Source of the DNA: an uncultured Pseudomonadota bacterium
Lineage (GTDB): Bacteria > Oederibacteriota > Muellerivitia > Muellerivitales > Muellerivitaceae
DNA length: 64,000 nt
NCBI GenBank assembly: GCA_963770835.1
Contig: CAVYRH010000008.1
Span: forward strand, 32,001 to 96,000
Direction: 5' to 3'
Shown here: positions 59,273 to 64,000 of the stretch, piece by piece
How positions within the stretch are numbered: position 1 is the stretch's first letter
How the letters are laid out: every line of letters starts with the position of its first letter
Notes under the pieces: generated by a model
What the model was told of the DNA's origin: nothing
What the model saw: only the letters and a program-made list of their open reading frames with translations
Databases searched by the model: none
Program-made: the position numbers and the translations under genes

Positions 59273-59304
59273 AGTATAAATGCTGGAGTATACTCCAGGG
59301 TCAA
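59273..59304 (-). promoter_or_regulatory. MerR-type promoter with operator dyad
   Basis: TTGACC-20 bp-TATACT with perfect dyad CTGGAGTATACTCCAG (59283-59298) in the spacer. Confidence 0.88.
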
Positions 59305-59576
59305 GGGCCATTTTGCGTGGGTTTTTAAAGGGGTTGGGGCAAAGCCCCGGGGGGAGCGGGTGCACCCAGGCGAGGTCTGGGTACGGCACTTTGAGGATTA
59401 ACTCCAATATGGCGAAAAGTGCCGTGCCGAGGATCACCGACGGTAACCGAAGCCCACCTTCGCCAAACATCGCTACCGCTTGGCTTCTTCAGGCAGGCAA
59501 GGAGAAGGCGTTCCCCAAAAATTCTTTGGGCCTTTATTCGGATTATGGGTGGATGGTTTTATTAAACTTCCAACAC

Positions 59577-61238
59577 CTAAAGCCCATTCGGGTAAACCCG
59601 TAAATAAGCGAGATAACCGCCGGGAAGGTTCCGGACCTTGAACCCGTTCTGCGAAAGCACCCGGTTCGCGTAATAGGACCTCTGCCCCACGCGGCAATAA
59701 ACCCAGATTTCCTTATCCATCGGCAGTTCCCCTAATCGGCCCCGCAGCTCATTTAAAGGAATATTGACCGCCCCCGGCACATGCGCCGCGCCGAACTCCC
59801 CGGGGTCACGGACATCCAGGAGGACCCTGGGGGTATCCTGCCGGAGGGCTTCCCAATCCACCAATTCCAGGTCGCCCCGCATGACGTTGGAAGCGATCAT
59901 CCCGGCCACGTTGACCGGGTCCTTGGCGGCCCCAAATTGGGGCGCGTAACATAATTCGGCTTCCTCCAAATCGTAAACGGTGGCCCCCATTTGGATGGCC
60001 ATGGCGGCCACATCCACCCTTTTTTCCGCCCCCTCCTCGCCCACCGCCTGGAAACCCAGGACCTTCCCGTCCCGCCGGTCGAACAAAAGCTTGATGAAAA
60101 TAGGTTTGGCATCCGGGTAATAGGCCGCGTGGTGTCCCGGATGCAGGTAGACCTTGCCGTAGTCCTTGAACCCCGAGGCTTTGAGGGATTTTTCGTTCTC
60201 GCCGGTCATGGCGGCGGTCAGGCCGAAAAGCCCGCAAACGGCCGTGCCTTGCGTGCCCCGGAACTTCCTGGGTTTCCCGGCCAGGACATCCGCCGCGATC
60301 CTTCCCTGCCGGTTGGCGGGGCCGGCCAATGGAATCAGCATCGTCCTTCCCAGGGGGACGGATTTGATTTCCACCGCGTCGCCCACGGCGAAAATGGCGG
60401 GGTCGTTGGTGCGCATTTTATCGTCCACGTGGATGCCGCCCAGGGGGCCCAATTCCAGCCCCGCGCTTTTCGCCAGGGTGGTTTCGGGCCGGACCCCTAT
60501 CGACAAAATGACCATCCCCACCGTCAAGGAAACCCCGGATTTGGTTTTGACTGTGATCCCCCGGGGGTTCGCCTCAAATGAGGCGGCCCCGTCGTTGAGG
60601 CGCAGGTCCACTCCCTTTTGCCTCAAGTGTTCGTGGATGGGTTCCGCCATTTCGGGGTCCAGCGGGGGAATGACTTGGGAACTCAGTTCCAAAACCGAGA
60701 CTTGGAGCCCCTTGTGGACCAGGTTCTCGGCCATCTCCAGCCCCACTAGGCCGCCCCCCACCACCAGGGCGGTTTTGACGTTCTTTTCCCGGATCCAATC
60801 CCGGATGTGCCGGGAATCGGGAATGCTCCGCAAGGTGAAAAGGCCCGGCAGGTCGATTCCCGGCAGGGGTGGTTTGATGGGGTTGGCCCCCGGCGACAGC
60901 ACCAAGGCGTCGTAGGATTCGGTATAAACCCTTCCGTTGGGAAGGTCCTTCAGGGAAAGTTCTTTCTTGGAACGGTCGATGGAGAGGACCTCGGTCTCGA
61001 CTTTGACGTGGATATTGAACCTGTCCCGGAATAGGTCGGGGGTGGCCACCAAAAGCTTTTTCTCTTCGGTGATCACCTCACCCACGTAATAAGGCAGGCC
61101 GCAATTGGCAAAGGAGACGTATTTCCCGCGGTCAATGAGGAGGATTTCCAAATCCTCCCTTTGGCGCCGCAACCGGGCCGCGCAGGATGCCCCGCCCGCC
61201 ACGCCCCCCACGATGACTACTTTCCTGAGGTTATCCAT
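59577..61238 (-). CDS. CoA-disulfide/persulfide reductase with rhodanese domain
   Basis: GGVAGGAS, SFANCGLPY, GGGLVGLEMAE, ELCYAPQFG, C-terminal LDVR...YCRVGQR. Confidence 0.92.
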   Translation of the reverse strand: MDNLRKVVIVGGVAGGASCAARLRRQREDLEILLIDRGKYVSFANCGLPYYVGEVITEEKKLLVATPDLFRDRFNIHVKVETEVLSIDRSKKELSLKDLPNGRVYTESYDALVLSPGANPIKPPLPGIDLPGLFTLRSIPDSRHIRDWIREKNVKTALVVGGGLVGLEMAENLVHKGLQVSVLELSSQVIPPLDPEMAEPIHEHLRQKGVDLRLNDGAASFEANPRGITVKTKSGVSLTVGMVILSIGVRPETTLAKSAGLELGPLGGIHVDDKMRTNDPAIFAVGDAVEIKSVPLGRTMLIPLAGPANRQGRIAADVLAGKPRKFRGTQGTAVCGLFGLTAAMTGENEKSLKASGFKDYGKVYLHPGHHAAYYPDAKPIFIKLLFDRRDGKVLGFQAVGEEGAEKRVDVAAMAIQMGATVYDLEEAELCYAPQFGAAKDPVNVAGMIASNVMRGDLELVDWEALRQDTPRVLLDVRDPGEFGAAHVPGAVNIPLNELRGRLGELPMDKEIWVYCRVGQRSYYANRVLSQNGFKVRNLPGGYLAYLRVYPNGL

Positions 61239-61274
61239 AGGACTCCTTGGTTTCAAAAACGGCCCCTCGGATGG

Positions 61275-61646
61275 TTATTTTGTTTCCACCGGAAGTCCGC
61301 AACGGCTCCAGGCCATGAGGCCTCCCGCGATTTGGGCCGCATCCGCGAATCCGTTGCTCTTCAGCATCCCTAAAGCCATGCCGCTGCGGTTTCCGCTTCG
61401 GCAGTAAACAATGAGGGGTTTGTTCTTGTCCATTTCTCCCAGGCGGTTCCCCAATTCTTGCAGGGGAATGAGCCTGGAACCGGCGATGCGGCCCTGCCGG
61501 TTTTCATCCGGTGTCCGCACATCCACCAATTGAGGCGGCTGTTTTCCATTCAACCGTTGATGGGCCTCTTGCGGCGTCAGGTTGGCGGACGGGTCGGAAG
61601 GACCCATCCCCAAGATGAATTTGACCATTGTAAGAAAAGTTCCCAT
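61275..61646 (-). CDS. Rhodanese-like sulfurtransferase
   Basis: LVDVRTPDE, YCRSGNRS, AGGLMAW...LPV. Confidence 0.92.
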   Translation of the reverse strand: MGTFLTMVKFILGMGPSDPSANLTPQEAHQRLNGKQPPQLVDVRTPDENRQGRIAGSRLIPLQELGNRLGEMDKNKPLIVYCRSGNRSGMALGMLKSNGFADAAQIAGGLMAWSRCGLPVETK

Positions 61647-61683
61647 AAATACTCCTTGTTGTTGTTTTTAAAGCCCAGCCAAT

Positions 61684-61875
61684 TTACTTCTTGAAGGTGT
61701 TGATCTTAAAAGGCAGCCACAAGGGACAAAACCGGAAGGTTGCAGTCAAGATAGGTGCCAGCGAAATCACCCATAGGACATAACGTGCCGTCCCCCCCGC
61801 GAAGATTCCCGCGATGACCAGCGCCGCCGCTATCCCATAACGAACCGCCCGTTCGATGTTTCCGACGTTTTTCAT
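61684..61875 (-). CDS. DUF2892/YgaP-like membrane protein
   Basis: MKNVGNIERAVR...FCPLW..FKINT. Confidence 0.85.
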   Translation of the reverse strand: MKNVGNIERAVRYGIAAALVIAGIFAGGTARYVLWVISLAPILTATFRFCPLWLPFKINTFKK

Positions 61876-61888
61876 GTGTTTCTCCTTT

Positions 61889-62044
61889 TTACGAATGGCT
61901 GATCAACAAACCCATGGCCACCCCGTAAAAGGTGCTGATCAATGGATTCGACGTGATGGGGCAGGCTCCCGTCGAGCAGCCCACCAAGCGGTAATAACCG
62001 AAGCCCAAAAGGCCCCCGAGGACGGCCGCGATGACGCTATGCAT
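61889..62044 (-). CDS. DUF6132-like small membrane protein
   Basis: GYYRLVGCSTGACPITSNP; GGAGG RBS. Confidence 0.8.
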   Translation of the reverse strand: MHSVIAAVLGGLLGFGYYRLVGCSTGACPITSNPLISTFYGVAMGLLISHS

Positions 62045-62105
62045 AAGCTTCCTCCCTTTTATTTGTTTATAAGTATTTTCTAATATAGTTTTCCAAAAAA
62101 AGGGG

Positions 62106-62390
62106 TCATTCCTCACAGAAGACCTCTTTCATCAGGGCCATCAGTTTCAGCATCTTGGGATTGGTGATGGTGTAATAGATCATGTTCCCTTCCCGGCGCG
62201 TGGTCACCAGGTTGCGGAAGCGCATCTGGAAAAGGTGCTGGGAAACGTTGGATTGGCTGGTGCCGAGGGCTTCGGTGAGTTCCTGGACGTTTTTTTCACC
62301 CTCCGCCAGCAGGGCCAATACGGTCAGCCGGAAAGGATGGGCGATGGCCTTAATGCAATCGGCTGATTTTTTGATGTGGGCTGTTTTCAT
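62106..62390 (-). CDS. ArsR/SmtB family repressor, probable sulfur sensor
   Basis: KAIAHPFRL, SQSNVSQHL, RREGNMIYY, C-terminal VFC. Confidence 0.9.
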   Translation of the reverse strand: MKTAHIKKSADCIKAIAHPFRLTVLALLAEGEKNVQELTEALGTSQSNVSQHLFQMRFRNLVTTRREGNMIYYTITNPKMLKLMALMKEVFCEE

Positions 62391-62407
62391 TTTCCGAACC
62401 TCTATAT

Positions 62408-62444
62408 CTACATTAGATAATACTAATATAGTAATTGAAGTCAA
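62408..62444 (-). promoter_or_regulatory. Promoter and ArsR-type operator
   Basis: TTGACT-16 bp-TATTAT; inverted repeat CTACATTAG-N6-CTAATATAG straddles the -10. Confidence 0.65.
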
Positions 62445-62675
62445 GTGCTTTTTGGGGAACTCTAGGACAATCTCGGGGTGACTTTTCAGATGCAATAAGG
62501 CTGTGAAAAATGAAATCCCCTTTGTCTACCTCATCTCCCCGTCGCGGACAATAGTTTTTTCAAAACCCTTTTTAAGAAATAATTAGTGAACCACTTTGTG
62601 TCTGCCTACCTTTTTTGTACCGGCAAAACCACATGGCATTTATTATGAACCCCGCACTAGCATGGATGATTTGGC

Positions 62676-63269
62676 CTATAAAACGAAAAAGCTGAGGCCC
62701 GCCTGAATGGGAACAAAAATCGCCGGATTGTCTGAGGAAGCCAGGCCGCCTTGCGAGACGAAATCCAGATCCATCCTGGCCTGAACGAAAAAACCTGCCA
62801 CGTCGGCCACTCGCACGAGCACCCCTATTCCCGGGGACATTAAAAAATCAGGTTCACTATTGGAATGCTCGACGCCCGCTGGGGACGACAGGTTCGTGGT
62901 ATTAACCGCGACCCCCGCCCCCCAAAAAAGGTAAGGGTGCACCGGGCTTTCAAGGAGGTTGTACCGCGCCACCACCATCAACGGCACATATGAGAAACTC
63001 TCGGTGGTTCCAGGCGCCGGATTTTTGAGGTTATAGACGTAATTGCCCGCATCCAGGGATAGGCTAAAATCGGTGGTGAACCGGTAACCAACAAGAATAT
63101 CCCAACCGTACCCCCAGTTGAACGCCTGGGAGGAGTTGGGGCTTGTGGGGACCGAGAAACTTCCATCCACCGACTCAATCCATTGTTTGTCGGGTGCCAA
63201 GTCGGCTTGGGCCCAAAGGGTTGAAATCGGAACCACTAAACCGAATGCGATTAAGCATAAAGTTTTCAT
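62676..63269 (-). CDS. Small outer-membrane beta-barrel protein
   Basis: Signal peptide, VGYRF, PLMVVARY, HPYLFWGAGV, terminal GLSFF; GGAGG RBS. Confidence 0.75.
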   Translation of the reverse strand: MKTLCLIAFGLVVPISTLWAQADLAPDKQWIESVDGSFSVPTSPNSSQAFNWGYGWDILVGYRFTTDFSLSLDAGNYVYNLKNPAPGTTESFSYVPLMVVARYNLLESPVHPYLFWGAGVAVNTTNLSSPAGVEHSNSEPDFLMSPGIGVLVRVADVAGFFVQARMDLDFVSQGGLASSDNPAIFVPIQAGLSFFVL

Positions 63270-63362
63270 TTTTCCTCCCATTGGAAAATAGTAACCTGTT
63301 CCCATGGCTGTTCGCAGATGGGGAACGAAGTTGGCAAGCTTCCTGCCTTGTCCCTGGAAACT

Positions 63363-64000
63363 TCAACCGGTCGGTTGCCTTTTGGCTTCCAGGAGTTGCC
63401 GGTACCACTGAAGGTGCAGGTTGACCCAGGGGCCCAGGCTGAAACGCAAGGCCATAGGGCGGCTTTCGCGGCGGAACCGCGCCGTTAGGGCTTTCGATTT
63501 CAAAACCCGCGCTAGGACGCGGGCCCATTCGCCGGGATTATCCGTGTCCAGGACGATCCCGCCGCGGGCTTCACCGGGCCCCCTTTCCAATATCTCCGCG
63601 ACGCCTCCGCCCCGCCGGGCCACAACCGGACGGCCGCAGGCAAGCGCCTCGGCCACCGCCATGCCGAAGGATTCGGCCCGGGCCATGTGGACCGCCACGT
63701 CCAGGCCCGATAGGAACCCGGGGACGTCTTGGACCCTTCCCTCATAAACAACGGCTTTTTCCAAACCCAACTTGCTTCGCAAGGCCATCAGGCGGTCATG
63801 GAACCACGCCTCATCCGGTGAGTAATTTCCCGCGATCCTGAACCGCGCCCTAGGCCTTTTCGCCAGGAGTTTGGAGGCAGCACGCAGGAAAAGCTCATGC
63901 CCCTTTCCGGGCGTGATCCGGGCCACCATGCCGATGACTTCTTGGCCCTCCCAGCCCCAGGCTTTCCGGTGCCGCTTGCGGGCTTCCGGATCGGCGTGGA
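63363..64000 (-). CDS. GT4 glycosyltransferase, 5' truncated by window edge
   Basis: IGMVARITPGKGH, ESFGMAVAEALACGRPVV. Confidence 0.85.
   Translation of the reverse strand, partial: HADPEARKRHRKAWGWEGQEVIGMVARITPGKGHELFLRAASKLLAKRPRARFRIAGNYSPDEAWFHDRLMALRSKLGLEKAVVYEGRVQDVPGFLSGLDVAVHMARAESFGMAVAEALACGRPVVARRGGGVAEILERGPGEARGGIVLDTDNPGEWARVLARVLKSKALTARFRRESRPMALRFSLGPWVNLHLQWYRQLLEAKRQPTG

Overview
GC-rich chromosomal segment of a diderm bacterium. No rRNA, tRNA, CRISPR array, integrase or transposase was recognised. From left to right: (1) a membrane-anchored protein with tandem degenerate Mrr-like domains (missing from the ORF track, runs off the left edge), mazG, a metallophosphatase, an MFS transporter, AsmA, recA, bshB1 and a cold-shock gene; (2) an alpha-2-macroglobulin (A2M)/pbpC locus in which A2M carries a ~500-aa repeated polytopic membrane domain, is separated from pbpC by several small genes and faces a SpoIID/LytB gene; (3) a ~26-kb phosphate-scavenging island (GT4, two beta-propeller/phosphoesterases, a sphingomyelinase-like phosphoesterase, two Thr/Pro-rich lipoproteins, an OprO/P-type porin, cheA-cheW-MCP, pstSCAB-phoU and a second porin) with candidate 11-bp-period Pho boxes (TTAAC-N6-TTAAC-like); (4) two bitopic proteins with cytoplasmic DNA-acting domains (Mrr-TM and ParB-HTH-TM-VirB8/DotI-like); (5) an arsenic operon (arsC-arsM-acr3-arsC) headed by a MerR-family regulator with a CC...CC motif and a ZntR-type 20-bp-spacer promoter instead of ArsR, the best candidate for an undescribed system; (6) an ArsR/rhodanese/CoA-disulfide reductase persulfide operon. 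Five genes (recA, bshB1, a lipoprotein, phoU, mrr) carry single-base indels that look like long-read errors. All family calls come from motif recognition by eye; no database searches were run.
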